A DNA stretch of 64,000 nucleotides. It comes from a virus (taxonomy: Duplodnaviria > Caudoviricetes). A model generated the notes under the pieces. The model ran no database searches. It was not told the origin of the DNA and worked only from the letters and a program-made list of their open reading frames with translations. How positions within the stretch are numbered: position 1 is the first letter of the stretch; each line of letters starts with the position of its first letter. A program made the position numbers and the translations under genes. The DNA lies in the IMG/VR virus record IMGVR_UViG_3300027759_000044; one strand, given 5' to 3'. Positions 58,701-64,000 of this stretch are shown one piece after another.

Positions 58701-61519
58701 TAGTATCTGACAATTTAACAATGGTAGTTACAACTCGTCCGGGCACAAATTGGGAAGTAGCAACGTATCAACATGTTGGTTATAATGTTGTAGCCACAAC
58801 TCTAACTCCAATAACTGTTGGTCAATTAATCTTTAGTTTTGATAGATTAGTTTTAATACCAGCACAGTTATCTGTATTCCAAATTGACGGAACAACTGGA
58901 TTATCAACACGATTATATGATGATTCATTTACAATAAATTGGCTGATAAAAACAATTACATTGTCAAGTCCATTACCGGCTGGTGACTTATTAATGATAG
59001 AAGTATATGAGGTTGGTAATGGTGACCAATTAGAAAAATCTAATAGTCAAACTGATCCTATTAGAATTAATGAGGATACTGGATTTAATGAAATCTATTT
59101 AAATTGTAATTATAGCGCAACCCAAACATCCGGATCCGGAGTTATTATACCAGGTACATCACCAATCAATGTTATTGCGACAGAAACAGATAGTACAGAA
59201 AATTCTATATTATGTGATGATGTTAGATACTTTACAATAAATGATCAAATTATATTCTACGGAGATGTGTTTGGCGGGATAGTAGCTGACACACATTATT
59301 ATGTTAAGACCGTAAGTAACATAACAAATAAAATTACAATATCAGAAACTAATCCAGGAGGAGTAGCAGGACCTACATTTATATTAACTACTGATACTGG
59401 ATCAATGGATATTATAATAGAAGTTGGAAGCGGCGCCCCTTGGACAGATCCTATAGTTTATCACAATGGCACTAAACTTATATTAGGTCATACTAATAGA
59501 GTTACCCAAACTTCTAGTGCTACTAATTCTATAACATGTAATACTACTAGTGGTATGGAAGTAGGGGAAACAATTGTGTTTAGCGATACAATGTTTGGCG
59601 GAGTGATAAATTCACAAACAATATATTATATTGAATCAATTATTGATGCTAATGAATTTACTATTTCTGAAGCACTTGGTGATCCAGCATTAGTATTGAC
59701 TAATGCAGTTGGCGGTGCAATCGGCATTACTAATGATTATGCCTTTGGTATAGCAGATAATGGTATATCAGCAAAAATAATATTTGCGGCACAATATGAT
59801 GACACCACAGATTATCTAACCTATACTGTATTTGGTGAAACATTCCCTAATCAATACGGTTATACTATTCCTGAAATTCAATTGATTACCGGAGACGGAA
59901 CAGTGGGACCATTTACCTTAATTAATTATGTTGGTGATGATAATCCAGATAATGCAGTAGTGGAAGTTAACGGAGTTCGTATACTTGATACTGAATATAC
60001 AATTGATGATGTAACAAATACATTGACTTTTACTTCATTAACTCCCTCATCTAGTGATACTATTGCTGTAACTAGTTATAACTTAACTGAGAGACAAGAT
60101 TTTAATACCCAGTATGGTATAACAAGTGCCACAGTTTCAAGTATTGTTAATATTAACAATGAAATTACACCTCCTATCGTAACAACATACGTTACTGCAA
60201 CCACAACAGGCACTAATTTATTAACTTGTAGTGATACTAGTGGATTCATTGTAGATCAAACAATTATATTTCAGGGAACCGCATTTGGTAATGTAGTAAC
60301 GAATGGAACTGTGTATTATGTAAAATCAGTAACATTCCCCTATGATGGTACATTTACTATCTCATCAACATTGGGTGGCACAACATATACATTGACTACA
60401 GACTCCGGAGTTATGATAGCATATGTAGGTGGTCAACCTGCAGTCCGCGTCACTACTGGTAGCCCGCATGGATTAACTCCTCCAACTGCAAGTGATGAAT
60501 TAATCAGAATAGACGGTACTTTAGGTTCAATACAATTAAACAACAATACTTACTATGTCCACGTGATTAATGACACACAAATTGATTTGTATAATACACC
60601 ATACTTATCTGCTATAGGTGATGTTAATGATCCAGTCACAAGTATATCCACATATACATCCGGTGGTTATCTATGGATAGATGAAACATTTGTAGTTAAC
60701 AGTGTTTGGGAACAAGATAATGTTGACAGACTATGGGTTACTGTTAATGGGTATCGTGTCCCGGCATCATCGTTGTACTTAAATGCTAATAATAACTTAA
60801 GTATTTTGGTACCAATTATTTCGACCGATGAAATTACTATAACAAGTATGATATCAAGTGCTACTCCAAATCAATTGGTTTACTTACAAAATGTTAATAA
60901 GAACGGGGTAGGTACAGTATACAGAGCAAATACTGATACTAGAACTTGGTTAGTCGAACCACTATATTATACAAATGAAACAATATTTGTATCAGATGTA
61001 ACTAGAATCACAGACACAGTAGTACAAAATGTTGTTGCTCCGGCAGCAATAAATGGTATTATAAGTATAGGATTAGATGCTGATAAAAATACTATTTCAC
61101 AAGTAATAGTGTATAACACTACTTCAAGTAGTTATGTAAATTCTAGTAACTATACTATAGAAATTATAAATTTAGCTCCAATTTTACAGATAACCGATGA
61201 GGTTACTGTAGGAGATAGTTTAGTCATAACTACTATCGAGGGCAATTTAATATATATTAACGGGGAACAAATTAGATTTAGTACCGTAGATTTATCTAAT
61301 AATACTATAACTGGATTACAACGTGGTTCAAATGGTACCGGAATATTAGACTTTATACCAAAGTATTCTGAAGTATTTGGAATATTGTCCAATAATTTGT
61401 TACCTAGTGTAAACTACAACTTGACTTGGAACAGTAATGTTTACAATGTAACCGACGGAGACCCGTTACAGATTAGCGAGACAAATGCGGCATATTTCTT
61501 AAATTCGGGGGTGTCTTAA
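43766..61519 (+). CDS. Giant multidomain baseplate wedge-associated protein (5917 aa; gp7-like position)
   Basis: Single 17.75-kb ORF after gp6, starting RTLNFLPEIFKT. Contains seven FG-GAP-like blades, seven Asp-box-like SxD/NGxxW repeats and about ten GxxIxFxGxxFGG...YYV beta modules. Confidence 0.8.
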   Translation: MATRIRTLNFLPEIFKTTTNSQFLNATLDQIVDQPNTKRIQGYIGSRFGYGVNAKNYYVTEPTKIRTDYQLDPGVVFLKKDTSTAQDFISYPGIIDGLELEGALIGDNNRLFTSEFYSWDSFAGLDKIINFNQYYWIPEGPEAVTVSTETVYNATDYIITSTANGYLVTATGQSQGSTNPALTLLRGGTYTFNVNQASEFWIQGMPGITGYDPNQPNVQTRDVFGVSNNGAEVGVVTFTVPFKTAQDEYQFPGNNRVDLVTTLLYAELDGVLLSSLTNGIDGITSLDGLTLMFYNNENETTFYTITYTGSTTDPTITLVVGDTIPIEENITANFGTEYIGRPFYRTTGSVITLIPYLSSLLDTLYYQDGTSSNKVGQIRLISSNTTNRIDVLTDIIGQANYTSPNGVVFTNGLKVIFSGEIYPASYENIRYYVEGVGTAIQLIPVTDFVAPEPFTQGTYIPFDTTPYDIGNFDVNLYIPVLQDYITIARNSIDKNPWSRSNRWFHIDVINATATYNNNPALATIYATSANKANRPIIEFYPNLRLFDSGVVGKPPIDFIDFRTTDAFNSTTGVAGQENYYPDVEVYTGYNATIATVSVTPVSVTSFIVGQSYKISTLGNTNWNTVAGTTGVTYSLNNIVICAVVGSGTGAGIKMSTNIQINSEYVTGAFQVDQYINDSTNLLPRNSQITSITGTTTFILTVAWPESQAVSAGSNASLIANDIQNDSYSVFDGARIVFAADANLNVRNKIYVVRFSTLVFGDTPVITLTEAEDGLVLADEQTFTFRGYNYQGMDFYFDGANWQESQQKTTVNQPPLFDVLDNNGISFGDPELYVGTSFAGNKLFAYRIGSGIDDPVLGFPLTYSSVDNLGDISFDVSLNSASFNYVSGTIPITQKVNTGYVYNYSDLTTSVRQLGWQTAIGPSVQYQIFEFNYYAGIPTSTFTCDIAKLADTDSAWPTIQLFVNNKIQYSSDYTVVTTDTQTIVTFTVPDPLVDTVIEILLLSDQVSETAYYGIPINLNNNPLNEDITTVNVGDIRGQYQSSFYNNPNTTGDVFGSNNYRDLGNMVPYGNRIIQNSASLVLPGAFLRKQNHNLFNALMYNSREYITFKTLLVDTINTTDFTERLSPSTMLDNALDTITKAKTDSNSFFWSDMLPSKAAYITNTYSFANALDVSIYPLSKIYNFATANYNGVLVYITNTSGIITQLISGVDYTISIDSPSLTVTLDLAPGDQITIKEYNQTYGSYVPNTPTKLGLYPSTIPTVILDTAFYQPTYFIVGHDGSYNKLYGDYIDGVLIDFRDQVLLEFEKRIYNNLKLSNVIPIQEYEVLPGFFRDTDYSYDEILQIYTTSFLDWVGQNRINYKTQFYSANNEFTYNYNQSGNKINREVIPQGYWRGIYEYFYDTSNPDTMPWEMLGFTDKPTWWETRYGPAPYTSDNLVLWNDLAEGIDWNNGNPVVIPQAIRPELLQILPVDSQGNLVSPFVSIVGNYSNTSFNRDWIVGDVGPAEFSYRRSSSWPFDLMRILALTKPAEFFNLGVDIDNYKYNEEFNQYLVNDRSHLVISDVEIYGNGVAKTSYINWIVDFEKQVGIDSTTNITDLLFNIDVRLVYRLAGFSDKNLLKFYVEKSTANSNNSSLLIPDESYQVLLYDNQPFDKIVYSGVVIQLTTTGYKVYGNSQTNAYFTILAPKINGNYERVSVQGLSVQLARDYYDTPEVVAYGTEFVTVQQVSQFLDGYGRYLASQGVLFEQIESGLTVSWRQMVAEYLYWAQSGWEVGSIVNINPAANLISINKDSYIVQPLTLQRQNFVLNQNLYPIQSVDLSIVRDGTLFTAQPLNQGDTVAYGQFSISNFEHGIVFDNVTLFDDVIYNLITGLRQNRITVRGAKTAEWNGTIDAQGFILNQDNILDWNKTVKYTTGSIVKYKNKYWIALTIIQAKEIFEEREWKETDYNEIQKGLLPNTSTRSYESTIYYDVNRANLENDADLLSFSLIGYRPRDYLALVDLTDITQINVYKNFIKNKGTLNAVSAFKGANLPQGGIDYDVYENWAIKSGEFGGVLNSNFIDFKLNQNLLTGNPSIVGLTNGISTSGVQQEVPLYSLYNYARPVTSTDVLPLLPTDTPSTLFPYAGYVNFNDVRIAAYYYYNLANSISPRGVITPLSELYVGQYVWLADYQGTWQVMTPVSLGAVIFAKNNLNGTATLTFVNPHGLIKYQPFAVVNFNDNLNGYYIVNTVIDLNTVLVNVTLEPAITTVTGQGIGFKFQSQRVDNPSDIIDLPLLNTEFVKTKVWVDTNNDGDWAVYRKSLNYAYDSELVKDGSETFGSAVAYTDTLGYLIGDADAGRVYRYSFNVLFDRYDLIQTLTGTASFGTSIAYANDIFVVSQPTGTPEVYIYQLVVNTTVDELQSLQSAISAPGGVTEWGSAIAISGDTNWLYISAVTSSTSLVYVYRYSTITEEYEQSATIDLGLTNADNFGYSLSTDYYGDTVIIGTPNQNYNASTENWGYTYVYDRTVQNFEAQYTSIPLVPQTFTLAWTPSTTSITVTASDSTLDRFTCASSSTLNIGDPITFTGTVFGGIALSTVYYVLAKPSGTTFTISATRSGSTLQLNNGSGSMTATQQDTPLYVSVNGTLIDDSTYFNVGSTITIVQGLNAGDIITVSGNNFVLSQTLTTENTPRIGVQFGISVDTNTYASEILVGAPFELNSTNQEGAVYRYTNGGGKYGMIIGTTETNVTTTRIILINGYIVTLTAGNVTVVANSINQASITNVQAYEQLDIYGDPTGNLIISLLDNSLASPNDKLNITVLDTATWAELGINTYTQTQIINDPHTQVTTQFGNVVKFNEFNSFVVSAPTATRYTATTFDSTDDEDYDNDTLFDNNATQWIDTYQNAGAVYMFDYLSVYNESLINCGNFVYAQSTNDINETFGSQPMYGHSIDFNASRVIIGTPDFKPDTVAGQIVTYFNSIAEPDWSVFRSSSPVVDINRIQNIQLYSAITNNTLDNLDYIDPLQGKILGSVRQNIDVVSNVDPAGYNSPDNTQGSIVWGGAQVGQLWFNTSTTRFVNYHQDDVVYNSKWWGQIFPGSDVTVYSWITSNVPPISYPGPGTPFTIDNFAIEYILNATGILTPVYFYWVRNTNIIFTKLGKTLADSIIQSYIASPINSGISYFAPLDQDIFALYNCGDNINANDTVLHIGYSTGTNDDVSHSLYNLIRTNYADDFLPGLPTVDGSGVPKSLYDRMLDSLCGVDESGAVVPDPFLPKPVQYGIYARPRQGFFVNRLLALKNYLTYANDVLAQYPISETRRSLFLFTEGAINRSTDPVYNTDPTSPYYSVNPWTGPIIPFYNTTDYWYYINWWATGYDNNTKSALQVPIYADLATINATAGLIVTVTANGDGKSETYVYTNLNIWERIGLQDGTIEFSSNLWDYSVARLGFGDNFFDTTPYDTYPSQETRSIVRALNEEIYTNELLIFRNKSLILLFEFIQSESIESQNYLPWLNKTSFVDVGHTIRELLPLEVFQSDNQDFLAGYVNEVKPYHVVIKEFLFKYTGSELYEGTITDFDLPAQYNTEIQQFITPELVYTNPSGDNQYLPTDPIWQTAPYSEWFNNYGLGITGVDDYQITVLASYVSLNSPAMAVDNAYGFPINGIILIGDELIGYSNVDRSNNTLSGLTRGIDGTPISIHIPGEIITINLPAVLVLNSGRGYTEPPRVIAYIDTTIYPEPRRAAVLQVVMNLDSILRVDVIDPGDGYVVLPEIIIDPSVSVTFTSDDVNLISNTISLPSPLLQTGDLIKYTIGTNTTAVGGLDVDQYYYVHVLETTPTFVVALYTTYSDAINDSDRVFLFNIGSGVNNVLSVSARASCVSTSLPIRENQITLRFDRTSYNSELTDWVGGSFYGSFYAGLYNNSERISSSSIGLQSTQPDIDTILASAAGAVFEIEDVTNVEVLTWSSRTRIVSAINTSTNVITITASDGGASLINSDTITNPTIGFYIGMPIQFIGSVAGNIIVETTYYIKSLVDGDKITLSATISGGVPGGELSMAGTTLGSAGLTAYVGEVTNTAVVTMFYPGILTATATTSTTNSITVPLTGSGLGGTTGFYTNLPVFFVGTVFGGVIENERYYVTTVIDDETFTMSTTEDPVMVSVTNTTASTDYITCDDATGLSFNDPIIFNSMSVSGSAVSTFGNIADGTIYYVSAIINDTNFQISTVPNGGTFGLADQAAGTGTGCTGTDQKDIVQLTTATGTMTCNVGLPVSPGQVTGQQFTFYPTSTTTVSSPAFTQGNLITRTIKNALADGDYLSLESETGGITNVYVNMPIRVAASYGGLSTGTTYYVKEIGTVTTEVIQTTSANVLISTGTAGFYVNMPITFTGSTLGGTIENTLYFVKTVNVNGTDFTITESLGGTTLALSNDTGSMTVTGEPYIKVSSTLGGGVLPLSDSVINTSTILTQYPTSAPTFDVSWILGGYSVEVTGAGTGYAINNTFTVLGAALSGTTPANNLVMTVNTIGTNGQITSLINSGTPPEIVEQYYLKVISTTECEVYSDSQLQIPVTGINFPFTSGDYALLPEPFYFNQSIVKYNNRVYQCIVSNNDTEFIFGKWEELRSDSRKLNALDRIMGYYQPTINMPGLDLTQLVDGIIYPNSTYQDNAFPPSEEYTLDTILQDQLFSPLQVDVTSIVWNGTTYFAPANTPTYSDITNSTNGTTWVSNKLSNQPIALTDIVYADTKYVMSSQNNVTPILVSTDGLVWTTTGLTIGSVSIDNTSLNSVDYFNGIYVAVGDNIVSSVDAYTWIERFNFTNMVLYGVSAITITNFNGFIAVGVGPDYSVIPTITQSVILKSLDGISWTNITPSASAETLYGASSGNNTIVVVGNNGAIFTSINGSNWNNISTGSANLRDITYSDSLGLFVIVGETGFISTSDGSTWSVETSGTTENLNSVIWNSDLSEFIVTGNNNVILKSTNGTNWTISNIFITDPTIYDVQGDSFTSGYGPEELVPGVVSDNLTMVVTTRPGTNWEVATYQHVGYNVVATTLTPITVGQLIFSFDRLVLIPAQLSVFQIDGTTGLSTRLYDDSFTINWLIKTITLSSPLPAGDLLMIEVYEVGNGDQLEKSNSQTDPIRINEDTGFNEIYLNCNYSATQTSGSGVIIPGTSPINVIATETDSTENSILCDDVRYFTINDQIIFYGDVFGGIVADTHYYVKTVSNITNKITISETNPGGVAGPTFILTTDTGSMDIIIEVGSGAPWTDPIVYHNGTKLILGHTNRVTQTSSATNSITCNTTSGMEVGETIVFSDTMFGGVINSQTIYYIESIIDANEFTISEALGDPALVLTNAVGGAIGITNDYAFGIADNGISAKIIFAAQYDDTTDYLTYTVFGETFPNQYGYTIPEIQLITGDGTVGPFTLINYVGDDNPDNAVVEVNGVRILDTEYTIDDVTNTLTFTSLTPSSSDTIAVTSYNLTERQDFNTQYGITSATVSSIVNINNEITPPIVTTYVTATTTGTNLLTCSDTSGFIVDQTIIFQGTAFGNVVTNGTVYYVKSVTFPYDGTFTISSTLGGTTYTLTTDSGVMIAYVGGQPAVRVTTGSPHGLTPPTASDELIRIDGTLGSIQLNNNTYYVHVINDTQIDLYNTPYLSAIGDVNDPVTSISTYTSGGYLWIDETFVVNSVWEQDNVDRLWVTVNGYRVPASSLYLNANNNLSILVPIISTDEITITSMISSATPNQLVYLQNVNKNGVGTVYRANTDTRTWLVEPLYYTNETIFVSDVTRITDTVVQNVVAPAAINGIISIGLDADKNTISQVIVYNTTSSSYVNSSNYTIEIINLAPILQITDEVTVGDSLVITTIEGNLIYINGEQIRFSTVDLSNNTITGLQRGSNGTGILDFIPKYSEVFGILSNNLLPSVNYNLTWNSNVYNVTDGDPLQISETNAAYFLNSGVS

Positions 61520-61522
61520 ATG

Positions 61523-61533
61523 ATAAATAAATA
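61523..61533 (+). promoter_or_regulatory. Tandem overlapping late promoter ATAAATAAATA (leaderless arrangement)
   Basis: First ATAAATA (61523-61529) lies 5 nt upstream of ATG 61535. Confidence 0.65.
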
Positions 61534-61534
61534 T

Positions 61535-61687
61535 ATGAGTGATAATAAAGAAGAAAATAAAGCTAAACCTGTACAGGAATATGGCCCTAAACCCGACGAA
61601 CATGGTGGGTTTTATTTCTCATCACATCTAAAAATAACTGATCCAAATACCAAAGAAGTACTGGTTCAAACAAGAGGCGATAACTAA
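61535..61687 (+). CDS. 50-aa small protein (absent from the ORF track)
   Basis: MSDNKEENKAKPVQEYGPKPDEHGGFYFSSHLKITDPNTKEVLVQTRGDN; fills the gap, has a promoter, and has a TAATG overlap with the next gene. Confidence 0.75.
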   Translation: MSDNKEENKAKPVQEYGPKPDEHGGFYFSSHLKITDPNTKEVLVQTRGDN

Positions 61688-62307
61688 TGTCAGTAATAAC
61701 ACTATCATATAAAGTAGAAGGGTTTTTAAAGATTTATGACCCTAATAGCGGAGAAGTTCTAGTAGATAAGCATAATGCTATTAACTACGAAAACATGAGT
61801 GAGGCCATTGCTGATACACTAAGCAGTCGCGGTTACGGAGAGATTTATCAAATGGCATTTGGGAACGGTGGTGCAAGCGTAGATGAAACAGGTGTTATCA
61901 CATATCTACCCCCAAATACTACTGGTCAAAATGCGGCCCTATATAATCAAACCTATGCTAAAATTGTAGATGATACTAGTGTTTTTAACCTAGATCCCAC
62001 ACGTAATAAAATGACAGTTTCTCACACAACCGGTCGTGTTTATACTGACATTTTAGTACAATGTTTATTAGATTACGGTGAGCCTGCAGGACAAAATGCA
62101 TTTGACAATAGTACTCAAACAGATTCAGCTTATGTGTTTGATGAATTGGGTTTATTAGCAAATTACGGAACAGATAGTAACGGGAATGTTCTTACACGAT
62201 TATTAACTCATGTGATTTTTCACCCAGTACAAAAGAGTTTGAATAGACAAATTCAAATAGATTACACAGTCAGAATTCAAAGTTTGACAAATCTAGTGAC
62301 AATTTAA
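61687..62307 (+). CDS. Baseplate or tail structural protein (206 aa)
   Basis: In the structural operon; NAINYENMS, MAFGNGG, CLLDYGEP, FDELGL, THVIFHPVQKSLNR. Confidence 0.6.
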   Translation: MSVITLSYKVEGFLKIYDPNSGEVLVDKHNAINYENMSEAIADTLSSRGYGEIYQMAFGNGGASVDETGVITYLPPNTTGQNAALYNQTYAKIVDDTSVFNLDPTRNKMTVSHTTGRVYTDILVQCLLDYGEPAGQNAFDNSTQTDSAYVFDELGLLANYGTDSNGNVLTRLLTHVIFHPVQKSLNRQIQIDYTVRIQSLTNLVTI

Positions 62308-62308
62308 G

Positions 62309-62315
62309 ATAAATA
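62309..62315 (+). promoter_or_regulatory. Late promoter ATAAATA
   Basis: GATAAATA 23 nt upstream of ATG 62339. Confidence 0.65.
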
Positions 62316-62338
62316 ACAGAATATCGGGATAATTTAAT

Positions 62339-63547
62339 ATGGCATATACGATTGTAAAAAGTGATGGTACAGTACTAACGACCATTGCCGACGGTACTAT
62401 AAACACGACTAGTACATCATTGGGTTTACCGGGCAGGAATTATGCTGGTTACGGTCAATCACTTGATACTAACTTTGTTCATGCAATGGAAAACTTTGCA
62501 GATTCAACACCACCGGCAAATCCATTACGTGGTCAATTATGGTATAACACAAATACTAGTACACTATGTGTATGTCCAGCTGATAATACTACTACAGCAA
62601 GTAATTGGATTACCTTAGCGCAGTCGGGTGGTTCAGGCACAACAACATTTGGATCAGTAACAGTTACTGGAAATCTACAAGCAAATAACATTCAAGCAGT
62701 AAACAATTCAAATGCTGACTCTATCACAACTAGATTATTAACAGTTACAGCTAATGCCTCTATTTCATTAGCTAATGTCACAACTGGCAATATTATTACA
62801 TTAAATACAACAACTATAACAACTGGTGCTAACGCAACACCTGGAAATATTATTGGTACATGGACATTGTCAGGCGGTTCAGGTGGAACATCAAATGCCT
62901 TTATAGTAACAGGTGGTGTCATTAATGCTGTTAACGGTATTAAGACTGACAATTATTATTATGCTAATGGCGCAAACTTTAATCCATCTGGTTCATATAA
63001 TAACGCAAATGTGTTTGACTATTTGACTGGTTCAAATTCAATATCACAATTTACAGGTAATATAGCCCCTACTAAGATTACAACAAGTAATATTGCAGGC
63101 GGTGGAACAATTTTTGGCATTTGGACATTAGGTGCTAACGCAAGATTAAATGCAACTTATGCTGACTTGGCCGAGCGTTTTGAATCAGATAGTCCATATG
63201 ATGCGGGTACTGTAGTAGAATTGGGCGGCAACGCTGAGATTACTGCAGTGGTACATGAATTAAGTGAAGATGTATTTGGTGTTGTATCAAACACAGCGGC
63301 TTATCTAATGAACGCAGGTGCAGGAGATGATTCTACTCATCCCGCAGTTGCTGTAGGTGGTAGGATACATGTTAAAGTCACTGGTAAAGTTTGTAAAGGT
63401 CAACGTCTAGTCTCAGCTGGTAACGGTATTGCTCGGGCAGCTATTGAAGGTGAAGCAACATCATTCAATGTAATTGGTCGTGCTTTAGCTAATAAAACTA
63501 CTGATGATGTTGGAACAGTAGAAGCATTTGTTTCAATTAAAGGATAA
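62339..63547 (+). CDS. Short tail fibre with a C-terminal peptidase G2-type intramolecular chaperone domain
   Basis: N-terminal baseplate-anchor-like LPGRNYAGYG...ENFADSTPPANPLRGQLWYNT; C-terminal YADLAERF...GTVV...FGVVS...PAVAVGGRIHVKV...KGQRL...IGRAL. Confidence 0.75.
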   Translation: MAYTIVKSDGTVLTTIADGTINTTSTSLGLPGRNYAGYGQSLDTNFVHAMENFADSTPPANPLRGQLWYNTNTSTLCVCPADNTTTASNWITLAQSGGSGTTTFGSVTVTGNLQANNIQAVNNSNADSITTRLLTVTANASISLANVTTGNIITLNTTTITTGANATPGNIIGTWTLSGGSGGTSNAFIVTGGVINAVNGIKTDNYYYANGANFNPSGSYNNANVFDYLTGSNSISQFTGNIAPTKITTSNIAGGGTIFGIWTLGANARLNATYADLAERFESDSPYDAGTVVELGGNAEITAVVHELSEDVFGVVSNTAAYLMNAGAGDDSTHPAVAVGGRIHVKVTGKVCKGQRLVSAGNGIARAAIEGEATSFNVIGRALANKTTDDVGTVEAFVSIKG

Positions 63548-63550
63548 AAG

Positions 63551-64000
63551 ATGAGTTACGCACAATTTGGAACAATTCAAGCCAGTGACTACAATACTCT
63601 AGTAGGTACAAATCCGAACACATCCTCTGGTACACTAAACACAGTTTGGTCTACCGGCGGAACAGCAGCGGGTTATGGACAAACTGCTGAAGGAACTGTC
63701 GCAGTAGGTGATACTGTTACGGCAGCTAAATGGGCTAATTTAATTACTAAAACAGCAAATACGGCTTCTCATCAAGGTTCAAGCATTACGGCTGTTACTG
63801 CCCCGGCATCTGGAAATACAATTACATATAATGCTAACATTAGTACAAACTTAACAACAATTTACACCAGTCGGTTAAATGCTGCATCTCAGGGTAGTAC
63901 TACTGCTAACAGTGTTGTATACGGTAGCACATGGACTACAGCCTTGACCTTTACTCATACTGTTACTTTTGCCAATGGTGATGCAGCAAGATATTTCTTT
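63551..64000 (+). CDS. Virion structural or fibre protein, N-terminal part (runs off the window; absent from the ORF track)
   Basis: Open for 150 codons from ATG 63551 with an AAAGGA SD: MSYAQFGTIQASDYNTLVG...GYGQ...TAAKWANL...ASHQGS...FANGDAARYFF. Confidence 0.8.
   Translation, partial: MSYAQFGTIQASDYNTLVGTNPNTSSGTLNTVWSTGGTAAGYGQTAEGTVAVGDTVTAAKWANLITKTANTASHQGSSITAVTAPASGNTITYNANISTNLTTIYTSRLNAASQGSTTANSVVYGSTWTTALTFTHTVTFANGDAARYFF

Noticed and set aside
1..64000. Stop-codon reassignment, tRNA genes, introns in capsid or portal genes, or a eukaryotic giant-virus origin suggested by the many NxS/T sequons
   Set aside because: Core genes are full length in the standard code and uninterrupted; no cloverleaf was noticed by eye (tRNAscan not run); T4-like core genes, SD sites and sigma-type promoters indicate a bacteriophage; the sequons follow from N/T/S-rich composition.

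Overview
This window is part of the structural-gene region of a large T4-like (Tevenvirinae/Kyanoviridae-related) myophage with an AT-rich genome and the standard genetic code. Minus strand, 1-24.9 kb: four Asn/Gly/Thr-rich modular fibre genes, a six-repeat propeller gene, a GIY-YIG homing endonuclease, the head module (portal, two core proteins, protease, scaffold, major capsid) and a tape-measure-like gene with a C-terminal M15 peptidase; a degenerate HNH gene on the plus strand sits among them. Plus strand, 25.0-26.0 kb: a gp26-like/gp51-like pair. Then ~500 nt of hairpin-dense non-coding DNA. Minus strand, 26.5-31.8 kb: resolvase, gp46, sulfotransferase, gp47 and late sigma gp55. Plus strand, 32-64 kb: baseplate module (gp48-like, gp53, hub, gp5, gp25, gp6, a 5917-aa wedge-associated giant, fibres). 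A late-promoter motif (A/C)TAA(A/G)TA precedes most transcription units. Best leads: (1) a -1 slippery site T-TTT-TTC with a hairpin 5 nt downstream that would fuse the gp26-like and gp51-like ORFs, resembling tail-chaperone G/GT frameshifting; (2) a ~370-nt nested multi-helix non-coding RNA candidate directly behind the resolvase; (3) repeated leaderless gene starts; (4) a palindromic double late promoter that may drive gp55 itself; (5) an orphan promoter-terminator micro-transcript. Protein calls come from motif recognition only; no database search or folding program was run.
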